A stretch of 64,000 nucleotides of DNA from Thermoanaerobaculia bacterium (GTDB lineage Bacteria; Acidobacteriota; Thermoanaerobaculia; UBA5066), in the NCBI GenBank assembly GCA_963719225.1, contig CAVRAY010000001.1, forward strand, positions 2,048,001-2,112,000. Direction: 5' to 3'. Of the stretch, positions 26,351-35,664 are shown one piece after another. Both the position numbers and the translations under genes were made by a program. The first letter of the stretch is position 1; every line of letters starts with the position of its first letter. Under the pieces are notes generated by a model that was not told the origin of the DNA, ran no database searches, and saw only the letters and a list, made by a program, of their open reading frames with translations.

Positions 26351-28531
26351 TCAGTCCCCCGCCGGCAGGCTCGCCGCGCGAAGAAAGAGCGGCTCGCGGA
26401 ACGCGGCGTCGCCTCCGGCCGCGATGATCTTTTCCGCCTCGTCGCGGGCTTCCTTCATCCACCTCACGTCGCGGACGAGATCGCCGACGCGGAAGAGAGG
26501 GACGCCGCTCTGGCGCGTTCCGAGCGCGTCGCCGGGGCCCCGGCGACGGAGGTCCTCCTCGGCCACGACGAAGCCGTCGTCCGTCTTCTCGAGGATCCCG
26601 AGCCGTTCGCGCGACTCCATCGAGACCTTCGGCCCGAAGAGGAGGACGCAGCGCGAGACACGCCGGCCACGCCCGACGCGCCCCCGCAGCTGGTGGAGCT
26701 GCGCGAGGCCGAAGCGCTCCGCGTTCTCGACGAGCATGTAGGAGGCGTTCGGGACGTCGACGCCGACCTCGATCACGGTCGTCGCCGCGAGGATGTCGAG
26801 TCGCCCGCCTGCGAACTCTCCCATCGTGCGCTCTCGCTCCTCTGGGGGCAGGCGGCCGTGAACGACGCCCACGCGGCGGCCGGGGAGCGCTCTCCGGATC
26901 TCGTTCGCGTGCTTCTCGACCGCGCGCGCCTCGATCTTGTCCGACTCCTCGATGAGCGGAACGACGACGTAAGCCTGGCCTCCCGCGCGGATCTCGCCCT
27001 CGATCTCTCGGAACGCGGCCGCGCGCTCCACCTCCGGAAGGACGCGCGTCGTGATCGCCGTTCGGCCCGGAGGCTTCTCGTCGAGCGTCGAGACGTCGAG
27101 GTCGCCGTAGAGCGTCAGCGCGAGGGAGCGCGGAATCGGCGTCGCGGACATGACGAGGAGATGGGAACGCGCGCCGGGCTCGGCTTTCGCCGCGATCGTC
27201 GTCCGCTGCGCGACGCCGAAGCGATGCTGTTCGTCGATCACGATGAGTCCGAGCCGCCGGAACTCGACGGGGTCCTCGAGGAGCGCGTGCGTTCCGACGA
27301 GGAGGTCGATGCGGCCGCCCGCGAGCGCGTCGAGGAGCTGCGCGCGCGTCTTCCCTTTCACCCGGCCGGTCAGGAGCTCGGCGCGGAATCGCGTCTTGCC
27401 GAAGATCCGGAAGATCGACGAAAAGTGCTGCTCCGCGAGGATCTCGGTCGGCGCCATGAGCGCCGTCTGGAAGCCGCACTCGGCGGCGAGGATCGCCGAG
27501 AGCACGGCGACGATCGTCTTCCCGCTTCCGACGTCTCCCTGGAGCAGCCTTCGCATCGGGCGGCCCGCCCGGAAGTCCGCGCCGATCTCCCGGATCACGC
27601 GCTTCTGCGCCCCCGTCAGGGTGAACGGAAGCGCGTCCTTGAGTCGCGCGCGGATCGTCTCGTCGGCCGACAGGACGGGAGCCGGCACGGCCGCGCGCTC
27701 CCGGCGGCGGCGCTGCAATCCGACCTGAAACTCCAGGAACTCCTCGTACACGAGGCGGTGGAGATATGGCGAACGCCGCTCTGTCCACTCCTCCGCGTCC
27801 GCTCGGCCCCCGGCGCTGCCCGGGAAATGGGCTTCTCTCAGCGAGTCGGCGAGAGAAGGGATTTTTTGCTCCCTCCCGCCAATGCCATCGAGTCGCTCGG
27901 GGAGATGGTCTGCAAAATTTCTTAGAAGGCGGAAGACGAGAGTTCGCCGCGCCCGCGGCGTCAGTCCCGGCAACTTGCGATAAATGGGCACCACCCGGCC
28001 GACCGATAGCGGGTCCACTGCGCGCCTCGTTCTTTCACCCTTGCCTGCACCCTTTCCCGTACCGTTCCCCTTTCCCTCTTCCCCTTCTAAGAATTCTTCT
28101 ATTTGTTCTTCTACTAATTCTTCTATCTGAGGGTTCTCCATGACGAGACCGCGCCGATAACGAGCGGACTGTGTCGCGACGCCGTAAACCCAGAACGTCT
28201 TCTTCGGCGTCATCCATCTCTGGAGGTATGGCTGGTTGAAGAAGACGAGGCGGAGGGGGCCCGAGCCGTCGTCGAGGATCGCCTCGAAGATCGTGAAGCC
28301 GCGGCGCCGCGTGCGGATCAGGCGCGCGGAAAGGACCGTGCCCTTGACCGTCGTCGCGGGGCCCTCCGGCACGAGATCCGCGATCGGCGCGATGCGCGTC
28401 CGGTCCTCGTAGCGGAAAGGCAGATGGAGGAGGAGGTCGAGAGCCGATTCGACCCCCGCCTCGGCCAGCTCGCGGGCCCGCGCCGCGCCGATGCCGGGGA
28501 GGTTCGCGAGGAGCGGCAGCGGGACGGGAAT
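26351..28531 (-). CDS. recG: ATP-dependent DNA helicase RecG
   Basis: QGDVGSGKT, DEQHRFG, SATPIPR, QLRGRVGR, RGPG...QSG. The conserved N-terminus LPGIG...DLLLHLPFRYED lies in frame upstream of the tracked GTG (28372), so the start is near 28519-28531. Confidence 0.96.
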   Translation of the reverse strand: MPVPLPLLANLPGIGAARARELAEAGVESALDLLLHLPFRYEDRTRIAPIADLVPEGPATTVKGTVLSARLIRTRRRGFTIFEAILDDGSGPLRLVFFNQPYLQRWMTPKKTFWVYGVATQSARYRRGLVMENPQIEELVEEQIEEFLEGEEGKGNGTGKGAGKGERTRRAVDPLSVGRVVPIYRKLPGLTPRARRTLVFRLLRNFADHLPERLDGIGGREQKIPSLADSLREAHFPGSAGGRADAEEWTERRSPYLHRLVYEEFLEFQVGLQRRRRERAAVPAPVLSADETIRARLKDALPFTLTGAQKRVIREIGADFRAGRPMRRLLQGDVGSGKTIVAVLSAILAAECGFQTALMAPTEILAEQHFSSIFRIFGKTRFRAELLTGRVKGKTRAQLLDALAGGRIDLLVGTHALLEDPVEFRRLGLIVIDEQHRFGVAQRTTIAAKAEPGARSHLLVMSATPIPRSLALTLYGDLDVSTLDEKPPGRTAITTRVLPEVERAAAFREIEGEIRAGGQAYVVVPLIEESDKIEARAVEKHANEIRRALPGRRVGVVHGRLPPEERERTMGEFAGGRLDILAATTVIEVGVDVPNASYMLVENAERFGLAQLHQLRGRVGRGRRVSRCVLLFGPKVSMESRERLGILEKTDDGFVVAEEDLRRRGPGDALGTRQSGVPLFRVGDLVRDVRWMKEARDEAEKIIAAGGDAAFREPLFLRAASLPAGD
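27914..28128. repeat. Dispersed motif pair inside recG
   Basis: + AAAAT-TTC-TTA-GAA-GGCGGAAG (27923); - AGAAGAA-TTC-TTA-GAA-GGGGAAGAGG (28089). Confidence 0.72.
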
Positions 28532-28536
28532 GTCTC

Positions 28537-29319
28537 CTACGCCTTGCTGACCCGAAACGTGAGGTCGACGAGACCGAAACGAGTCCGGTCTCCGTCCTTG
28601 ATCGTGACGGGCTGCCCCGTGACGATGCGCGCCCCGTTCACGAACGTGCCGTTCATGGTGCCGATCTCCTCGACGACGCGGAACTCTCCGCCTTCGCGGA
28701 CGATCTTCGAGTGGCGCCGGGACACGGAGCGCTGCGTGTCGAGGTTCGCGAGGTCCACGTCGGGCTTGATCCCCGTGACCGGATCGACGCGGCCCACGGT
28801 CGTTTCCCCGTCGCGGTTCAGGAAGAACTCCTCGCCGCCCGCGGAGACGAGGCGGAAGATGTCGTGGCGCTCGGACACCTTCGAGAAGATGTCGGACGAG
28901 CTCTCGTCGAGCGCGGGGGCAGCGCCCGTCGACTGCTCGAGGAGCTTCGTCGTCTCGCGCAGCCTCCGGGAAAGCTTGCGCAGCATGCGCACGGCGATCT
29001 CCGCGTTGTGGCGGAGCATCTCGTCGAACGTCGACTGGTTTATCCGCACGAGCTCGCAGTCGCTCTTGGCGCGCGCCGAGGCCGTCCGGGGGACGTCCTC
29101 GAGGATCGACATCTCACCGAAAAAATCGCCTTTCTCGAGCGTCGCGAGCAGCTGCTCCTCGCCGCGCCGGCTGCGTTTGTAGATCTCGACCGTGCCGGAC
29201 TGGATTACGAACATTTCCGTTCCGACTTCGCCCTCCCCGAAGATGGGCTGGCCGGCGGAAAAGCGAGCGAGGTAGTCGGTGAAGCCACCCGGCGCGCCGG
29301 ACTTGACGACGACCTTCAA
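28537..29319 (-). CDS. Cyclic-nucleotide-binding plus FHA domain protein
   Basis: IFGEGE...MFVIQSG.V...GDFFGEMSIL..PRTASA (cNMP domain); VGR..., VSRRH, GTMNGTFVNG (FHA domain). Confidence 0.88.
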   Translation of the reverse strand: MKVVVKSGAPGGFTDYLARFSAGQPIFGEGEVGTEMFVIQSGTVEIYKRSRRGEEQLLATLEKGDFFGEMSILEDVPRTASARAKSDCELVRINQSTFDEMLRHNAEIAVRMLRKLSRRLRETTKLLEQSTGAAPALDESSSDIFSKVSERHDIFRLVSAGGEEFFLNRDGETTVGRVDPVTGIKPDVDLANLDTQRSVSRRHSKIVREGGEFRVVEEIGTMNGTFVNGARIVTGQPVTIKDGDRTRFGLVDLTFRVSKA

Positions 29320-29408
29320 GGTCCGCGCAGTTTAGCCGATGCCGGACGTCTTCGATGTGCGCCGCAGCCGGGGGACCGGGGGCGCGCGAAGCCAAGCCCC
29401 CGGAGAGT

Positions 29409-29810
29409 GACTCGGGCCGGACGATAAGCCGGATTCTGTAACTGGTCGGTTCGCACCTTCCAGCCGGCGGTCATTCCTCCAGGCCCGCTCTCTCGAGCGG
29501 GCTCGAGCGACCGACCCGGCGACGTCGGCGTGAGCCGCGGGGGCGGGCACCCCTTCCGTCACCCTATTTGGTCTTGCTCCGCGTGGGGTTTCGCCTGCCG
29601 GTCCCGTTGCCGGAACCGCGGTGCGCTCTTACCGCACCTTTTCACCCTTACCTGCGCCTTGCGGCGCGTCGGCGGTATGTTTTCTGTGCCACTTTCCTTC
29701 GAGTTGCCCCGACCGGAATTTCTCCGGCACGCTGCCCGCGGGAGTCCGGACTTTCCTCCCCTCCTTCCGCCGAGGCGTCGGGAGCGGCGACCGCCTGTCC
29801 GGCCCGAGTC
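29409..29810 (-). ncRNA. rnpB: RNase P RNA
   Basis: Minus strand has GAGGAAAGTCCGG near the 5' end and ACAGAATCCGGCTTAT near the 3' end (P4). Terminal P1 helix: 29409-29422 pairs with 29797-29810. TAAACT -10 box 6 nt upstream. Confidence 0.97.
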
Positions 29811-29816
29811 GCGCCG

Positions 29817-29822
29817 AGTTTA
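29817..29822 (-). promoter_or_regulatory. Putative -10 box (TAAACT) of rnpB
   Basis: 6 nt before the first base of the P1 helix. Confidence 0.55.
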
Positions 29823-29823
29823 C

Positions 29824-32800
29824 CTAATTCGTCACGACCATCGGAACGTAAGAGCCGTCCGACGTGCGCGAGCCCGCCGTGGGACCGTCGTTCACGACGC
29901 CGTAGGCGACGAAGTCCGAGCTGCCCGCGTCCGGCCGGATGCGGACGTAGCCGTGCGCGATGCCGGCGCCCGAGAGGATTCCGTTGATCTGCGTCCAGTC
30001 TCCTCCCGTCAGCACACGCGTGAGCGTCTGAACGGGCGTCGCCGAGCCCGTGTCCGCGTCGAAGACGTCTAGGACGTAGGTCACGGTCGCGCTGCCCGCG
30101 GGACGCGCGTCGGCGATCGCGAGGTTGCTGCGCACGTCCGCGTCCTGCCGGAGCCCGTAGACCCAGGCCTCTCCTCGCGCGCGCCCGTCCCCCGGCACCG
30201 CCGGATAGGACAGTCCGTACGACCCGCCCACGCTCGTGTCGGGATTCGGGTTCGAGGTGCGCGCCTGGGCCACCGCGCCGGCAACGAGGAGCGTGCCGCC
30301 CTGGTCCCCCGTCGTGGGGATCGCGAGACCGACGCCACGCAGGTAGGAGAGCGCGTTCTCCTGCACGAGCTGCTGGCGGGCGGCCAGCGTCGTCGTGCGC
30401 GTCCCGCTCCCCTGCCCCGAGAACGCCGACGACGCCGTGTACGTGAGGGTGACGGTAACGGCGGTGGAGAGAGGGTTCGTGAGCGTGAGATCCGTCGTGA
30501 AGTGCGGCGGGCCGGGAACGTCCAGGATGATCGGGACGATGCCCTCGGTCGCGTTCGAGACGAGGAAACTGCCGTCCGACGTGCCGCCTCCCGCGCTACC
30601 GCCGTCGTTGACGACGCCGTACGCGATGAACCGGTCGGCTCCCGACGTCCGTCGGACCCGCGCGTAGCCGTTCGTCACGCCGGCGGGCGAGTTCTTGAGG
30701 ACATTGTTGTACTGGAAGAACTCCCCCGGCTGGAGCGTATGCGTCAAGGGCGCACCCGCCGGCGCTCCGCTGTCGCCGTCGAAGAGCTGGATCTCGAGCG
30801 AAACGGGGCCGGACGTCGTGCCGGAAGCCGTGCCCGGCGCGTGGACGACCGCGAGGTTCGAGCGGAACGACGCGTTCTCGCGCAGCGCGTAGATCCACGC
30901 GTCTCCGGTCGAGGTCGCGCTTCCCGCCGGAACGCCCGGCCCGAACGTGCCGAACGCGCCGCCGACGGACGCCGACAGATTCGGAGTCGAAGTTCGCGAG
31001 CCTGCAAAGACGGCGGCCGCGTCGCCGACTCCGACGAACGTCGCGAGAAGCGTTCCGACCTTGCCGGAGCCGTCCGAGGGGAGGGCCCATCCATTCGCCG
31101 CGAGGAACGCGATGACGTCCGGAATGTAGAGCTGCCGTCCCGCGAGCAGCGTGCGCGCGACGGCCGGGCCGCCGGCTCCCGGAGTGCCCGGCGCGGGAAC
31201 GTAGACGAGAACGAGCGTCGCTTCGCCCCCGCTTCGGTTCACGGCCACGAAATCCGACGTGTAGTGCGACGAGGCCGCGCCGTGAATGTCGAGGACGACC
31301 GGCGTCTGTACGCCAACACATGCGGACGGCGTGGCGGGGCCTCCCACCGTGAGGGAAAGCGCCATGCTCCGGACGACGGATCCCGACGTCGCCGTGAGGA
31401 CGAGGGGATATGTCCCGGCGACCGTCGCTCCCATGGAGGTCAGGGTAAGCGTCGCGGGCTGTGTGCGCGAAAGGACGCCGACCGAGACGTTCGCGGGATT
31501 TCCAGGCCGGAACTCCGCCGTCACGCCCGTGGGCAGACCGGCGAGAGAGACCGTGGCCACCGCGTCCCCGACCGCGGCGCCGACTTGGGAGAGTGTCAGG
31601 TTGACGATGACCGCGCCGACCCGCACGAACGACGGTGCCGAGTCGCACGCCGGAAGCGCCGGAGTCGCGGGGCTCGCCCCGAGCGTGAAGTCCGTCGAGG
31701 GAGGCGCCGGTGCCGGCAGGGCGGAAGCCAGCGCCGCGGCGTCGATCGAGCCGAGACCGGTCGCGGCGTCGTACCCGGGACCGGCCGCGTAACCCGCGAC
31801 CCCGGAGGCGGAATTGTTGCCCGTGGTGATGTCGTGCAGGACGGGCGTGCCGGCCGTGAGCGCGGCCGGCGCCGATCCGGCAGCCCCGCCGTATTGCGCG
31901 CGGCCGAGAGCGTAGAAGACCGGGTTCAGATTGCCGAGGCGTGTGCCCGCCTTCTGAGAAAGGAGAGCCGTGATTCCGGCCAGGGCCGGCGCCGAGAACG
32001 ACGTTCCGCCGTAGTTGTCCAGGAGGCCCGTCGTGCCGGTGGAGTGACCCCGCACGGTCAGATAGGGCGTGAGCCTCGAGGCCGCGAGGGAGATGTCCGG
32101 TACGTAGCGGGCGCCGTCGGCGGGCAGACCGGCGACGTTCTGCCAGGGCGGGCGCTCGAAGAGAATGCTCTTCCCGCCGCCGCCCGCCGCGCCGTTCTCG
32201 TTCCAGGTCGTCTCCGGGACATAGCCCTTGACGGACTTCTTCGTCGTCGGGTCATTCGTCGCGTCCCAGTACGTCGTGGAGAAGTCGTCGCCGTCGTTGA
32301 ACTGCGTACCCCCGACGCACGTGGCGTAGGGCGACGAGCAGAGGCCGTTCACGCTCGCCACGTTGGTCGCGACCACGCATCCGGCGACGCCGCTATCGCC
32401 CGACGCCACCATCACCGAGATCCCCTGTGCGGCGGCCTGCGCCCAGACGTTCGTGAAAAACGCCGTGTCGGCATCGGAGAAATCCTTCTCGCAGGAGCCA
32501 TACGAATAGGAAAGGACGTCCACGAGGTTGTTGCCGACGGCATAGACCGCCGAGAGGTCGGTGCCGTAGGTCGTCCGCGTCGTCTCCGAGGTGATGAGGA
32601 GGATCCGCGCGGCCGGGGCGACGGCGCCGGCCCACTGGATGTCGATGTTGCCTTCCAGCTCGTCGTCGATGGGCGAGGTCACGATGCCGGGATCGGGACC
32701 GTTCAGAACGACGAGGGGGTCGTTTGCCGGCAGGCCGAAGTACTGCCGGAAAAACGTCGTGTCGGAAACGTTGACGTTCGACTCGGCGAGGATGCCGATG

Positions 32801-33489
32801 GTCCGGCCGCTGCCGTTCAGGCCGGCGGCCGCGAGGGCATCGACGTTGTAGATCGCGGTGAAATCGGCGGGCGCGAGGTAATGGCTGCCTCCCGAGGTGT
32901 ACGCGGGCACGCGGCGCGCGAGCGAACGGCGGCGCGGGAACGAGTGAAGCGAGAGGACTCCCGCGACCCGGCGGGCGAGATCGGCCGGGAGGCGGGGCGG
33001 TTTCACGTTGGCGATCCGGACCTTTCCGTCGGCGAAGACTTCGTGAAGCTCGGTGTCGAACGCCCTTTCCACGTCGGCCGCGCGGCCCGAGAACACGAGC
33101 GCGGCGCGCCCGGCCGGTGCGTTCTCCACCTCGAGTCCGTGGCTCTCGAGCCAGTCCACGAGCGCGGCGACGTCCCCGTCGGAGGCGCCGAAACGCCGTT
33201 CGAACTCCGCGGGCGAGAGCCAGCGGTGGAAGTCCGGCGATGCGGGGTCGTGCTGCCCGGCGAGGAGGCGCGCGAGGCCCGCCGCGTCGCGCTGCGGGAG
33301 GACGAGAATCACCCGATCGAGCCGGACCGATCCCTCCAGCCGCGCGATGTCGCGTGCGCCCGTGACTTCCCGAGGCACCGAGCCCACGTTCGACAGAACG
33401 TCGTCGGGGCGCTCCGCGAACGCGGTGGTTGCCGACGCGAGGAGCAGAGCGGAAACAATGGTCATCGGGCGCGGAAAGAGCGAAATCAT
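29824..33489 (-). CDS. Secreted S53 (sedolisin/kumamolisin-like) protease with pro-domain and long C-terminal extension
   Basis: Signal peptide; pro-domain (DPASPDFHRWLSPAEFERRFG); ELEGNID (ExxxD), SGDSG, GGTSFSAP, DITTGNN, GYDAATGLGS; duplicated C-terminal module. Start could also be 33516. Confidence 0.9.
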   Translation of the reverse strand: MISLFPRPMTIVSALLLASATTAFAERPDDVLSNVGSVPREVTGARDIARLEGSVRLDRVILVLPQRDAAGLARLLAGQHDPASPDFHRWLSPAEFERRFGASDGDVAALVDWLESHGLEVENAPAGRAALVFSGRAADVERAFDTELHEVFADGKVRIANVKPPRLPADLARRVAGVLSLHSFPRRRSLARRVPAYTSGGSHYLAPADFTAIYNVDALAAAGLNGSGRTIGILAESNVNVSDTTFFRQYFGLPANDPLVVLNGPDPGIVTSPIDDELEGNIDIQWAGAVAPAARILLITSETTRTTYGTDLSAVYAVGNNLVDVLSYSYGSCEKDFSDADTAFFTNVWAQAAAQGISVMVASGDSGVAGCVVATNVASVNGLCSSPYATCVGGTQFNDGDDFSTTYWDATNDPTTKKSVKGYVPETTWNENGAAGGGGKSILFERPPWQNVAGLPADGARYVPDISLAASRLTPYLTVRGHSTGTTGLLDNYGGTSFSAPALAGITALLSQKAGTRLGNLNPVFYALGRAQYGGAAGSAPAALTAGTPVLHDITTGNNSASGVAGYAAGPGYDAATGLGSIDAAALASALPAPAPPSTDFTLGASPATPALPACDSAPSFVRVGAVIVNLTLSQVGAAVGDAVATVSLAGLPTGVTAEFRPGNPANVSVGVLSRTQPATLTLTSMGATVAGTYPLVLTATSGSVVRSMALSLTVGGPATPSACVGVQTPVVLDIHGAASSHYTSDFVAVNRSGGEATLVLVYVPAPGTPGAGGPAVARTLLAGRQLYIPDVIAFLAANGWALPSDGSGKVGTLLATFVGVGDAAAVFAGSRTSTPNLSASVGGAFGTFGPGVPAGSATSTGDAWIYALRENASFRSNLAVVHAPGTASGTTSGPVSLEIQLFDGDSGAPAGAPLTHTLQPGEFFQYNNVLKNSPAGVTNGYARVRRTSGADRFIAYGVVNDGGSAGGGTSDGSFLVSNATEGIVPIILDVPGPPHFTTDLTLTNPLSTAVTVTLTYTASSAFSGQGSGTRTTTLAARQQLVQENALSYLRGVGLAIPTTGDQGGTLLVAGAVAQARTSNPNPDTSVGGSYGLSYPAVPGDGRARGEAWVYGLRQDADVRSNLAIADARPAGSATVTYVLDVFDADTGSATPVQTLTRVLTGGDWTQINGILSGAGIAHGYVRIRPDAGSSDFVAYGVVNDGPTAGSRTSDGSYVPMVVTN

Positions 33490-33538
33490 GGAAGGTCCCT
33501 CGCCTCGGAAGTGCACGGGAGGTGCCAGCCCTGACCGG

Positions 33539-34153
33539 TCAGGCGGACGGCGGCGCCTCGCGGCCAGGCCGCCGCCTCCCGAACAGGTCGAGGAAGCGCG
33601 CCATCCGCGGGATCGTGAGGATGAAGATGAGGCCGATCGCCATCACGACCACGAGAGCGACCAGCGGCAGGAAGATGGATACGAGGCTCTGAAGGAACGC
33701 GACGATGTCCTCCGCGAGGGACAGTGCGACGTTCGCGACGCCCGCGGTGAGAGCCGTCGACGTGAGACGCGTGGCGCTCTTCACGAGATGAGAGACGAGG
33801 GCGACGGTTCCACCCGACCCGGCCGCGATGACGTCCAGGAGGGTCGATCCCTCGGTCTGGACCGCGGCGAGAGCGACGACCGCGCCCACGATAGGCCGGA
33901 CGAAGGAGTGGAGGAGATGCCAGAAATGATCGAGGCCCGGGATCTTGTCGGCAAAGAACTCCATGAGAAAGAGGACTGCCGCCACCCCGAGAGCCGGAGT
34001 CGAGGCGAGGAGACGAGCGATCGCGCCGGGATAATCCTCGGGAAAGAAGCGCGCCATCGCCCCGTAGACGAGCAGCACCGCGTAGGAATTGAGTCCCGCC
34101 GCCGCCGACAGCCCGAGTCCGGTGCCGAAGAGCTGGGGCAACCCGCCCGTCAT
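33539..34153 (-). CDS. DUF4126-like membrane protein
   Basis: GLSAAAGLNSY, EFFADKIPGLDHFW, RP..GA, SLAED. Confidence 0.85.
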   Translation of the reverse strand: MTGGLPQLFGTGLGLSAAAGLNSYAVLLVYGAMARFFPEDYPGAIARLLASTPALGVAAVLFLMEFFADKIPGLDHFWHLLHSFVRPIVGAVVALAAVQTEGSTLLDVIAAGSGGTVALVSHLVKSATRLTSTALTAGVANVALSLAEDIVAFLQSLVSIFLPLVALVVVMAIGLIFILTIPRMARFLDLFGRRRPGREAPPSA

Positions 34154-35664
34154 CGCCCCGCCTTGGCAGAGATATCCGAAAGCGCCGATTGCGCCCGGCG
34201 GTTCGCCGGGTCGAGCCGCATGACCTCTTTCAGGGCCCTCACGCGCTCCGGCTCATTCCTTTCGTGCAGGCAGGCCTCGGCCAGCTCCCACCAGAGCTCG
34301 ACGTTCTCGGGGATGTACTTGACGGCCCGCCGCATGGTCTCCGTGGCGTGCCGGACCCACTTCGGGTTCTTGCGCTGAATCCTCGCGAGGAGCACCCAGT
34401 ATTCCTTCTGGCTGGGGTCGAACTCGACCGCCTGGCGTGTCATCTCGTACGCCGGATAGAAATCCTCCTCCTCGTACAAGGTCTTCGCACGGGAGTAGTT
34501 CTTCCGGGCGATCTCCTTCTGGACCTCCATCGTCGGCGCCGTGCCCGGCAGAGAGATGGTGTCCGCGCTCACCTCGAGCGTCCTGTCGTACGCGAGACGC
34601 GTCTCGGGAGTCCGGAACGCGCGTTCGGCGATCCGGATGCGTGAGAAGAGCGCCTCGAGGGCGTCGCGGGCGTCCCCGAGATGCGACTTCAAATGATGGT
34701 CGGGATGGAAGAGGCGCGCGCGTTCGTGGAGAGCCTTTGCGAGGTTCTCGATCGGTTCCTCGGGCTCGACGCCAAGGAGGTCGTAGTGTGTCGCCCAATC
34801 CAGGCGCCGATACGTGTTCCAGACGACTTCGCGCTGGACCTCGTATTGCTCCGCGATCCGCGCGGCGGGCTGCGCCCCCGCGATCTCGACGTTCAGGAAC
34901 AGAAGGCCTTCGGCGACGCCGGTCTTTTCGATGGGCCTCCCCTGGGCCACCAGCTGGATGAGCCCGGTGGCCGCGAGCCGCGCGACGATGCGCTGGTCGC
35001 GGTGGATCTGCTCCACGGTCGTGGCCCCGTCCACCTTTCCGAGCACCTCCGCTTCCTCGGCCGATACGAGAACCCCCTGATAGCGGAGAAGGAGATCGGG
35101 AGCGAAGGCCGGCCGCGCCCCCGGATCCAGGGGGGAGTTGAGCTGCGACGAAGGAGCGGGCAGGCGGCGCAGTGCCTCGAGGAGCATTCCGCCCGTCGGA
35201 CGATCCATCTTCGCGGGGACGCTGGGCGCGGCATCCAGAGGCGTGACCGTGAAGACTCCTTTCGTCCAGCGGAGTGTGTCGAAGAAGAGGCGCTCTGAGA
35301 GGGCGCGGACGGCGGCCTCCGCGACGTATGAGGGAACGGCTCCCGACTCGGTGAGCGCCCGGGCGAGGCCCTGACCGGGCTCGTTGAGCGCCTTCTCGAA
35401 CGCCGACATGAGGAGGTTCTCGTCCGCGAGACCGAACGTGCGGAGAAGCTCTCCGACGAGCTGGGCCTCGCGATTCGAGCTCGCGAAGAGGATCTGGCCC
35501 CGATCGAACGAGAAGGTGCGCTCCTCGCCGCTCCTGGCGACGAGCAGCTTCGCCGTCGCCCGTTCACGGTAGACGCTTCGAATGACCTCCGCGAACGGGA
35601 TTCGCTCGAGCGACCCACCCGTCAGCACCTTGGGCCGGATGCGGCTGTCGCTGGCGGGGTTCAT
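34150..35664 (-). CDS. DUF4388-like plus J-domain plus TPR protein
   Basis: GSLERIPFAEVI...F..GQILFASSN (DUF4388-like); HYDLLGV...FHPD (J-domain HPD); C-terminal TPR-like helices. ATG 35664 with GGAGG SD. Confidence 0.8.
   Translation of the reverse strand: MNPASDSRIRPKVLTGGSLERIPFAEVIRSVYRERATAKLLVARSGEERTFSFDRGQILFASSNREAQLVGELLRTFGLADENLLMSAFEKALNEPGQGLARALTESGAVPSYVAEAAVRALSERLFFDTLRWTKGVFTVTPLDAAPSVPAKMDRPTGGMLLEALRRLPAPSSQLNSPLDPGARPAFAPDLLLRYQGVLVSAEEAEVLGKVDGATTVEQIHRDQRIVARLAATGLIQLVAQGRPIEKTGVAEGLLFLNVEIAGAQPAARIAEQYEVQREVVWNTYRRLDWATHYDLLGVEPEEPIENLAKALHERARLFHPDHHLKSHLGDARDALEALFSRIRIAERAFRTPETRLAYDRTLEVSADTISLPGTAPTMEVQKEIARKNYSRAKTLYEEEDFYPAYEMTRQAVEFDPSQKEYWVLLARIQRKNPKWVRHATETMRRAVKYIPENVELWWELAEACLHERNEPERVRALKEVMRLDPANRRAQSALSDISAKAGR

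Noticed and set aside
29530-30072. ORFs overlapping 29400-29810
   Set aside because: The region is explained by RNase P RNA on the minus strand.
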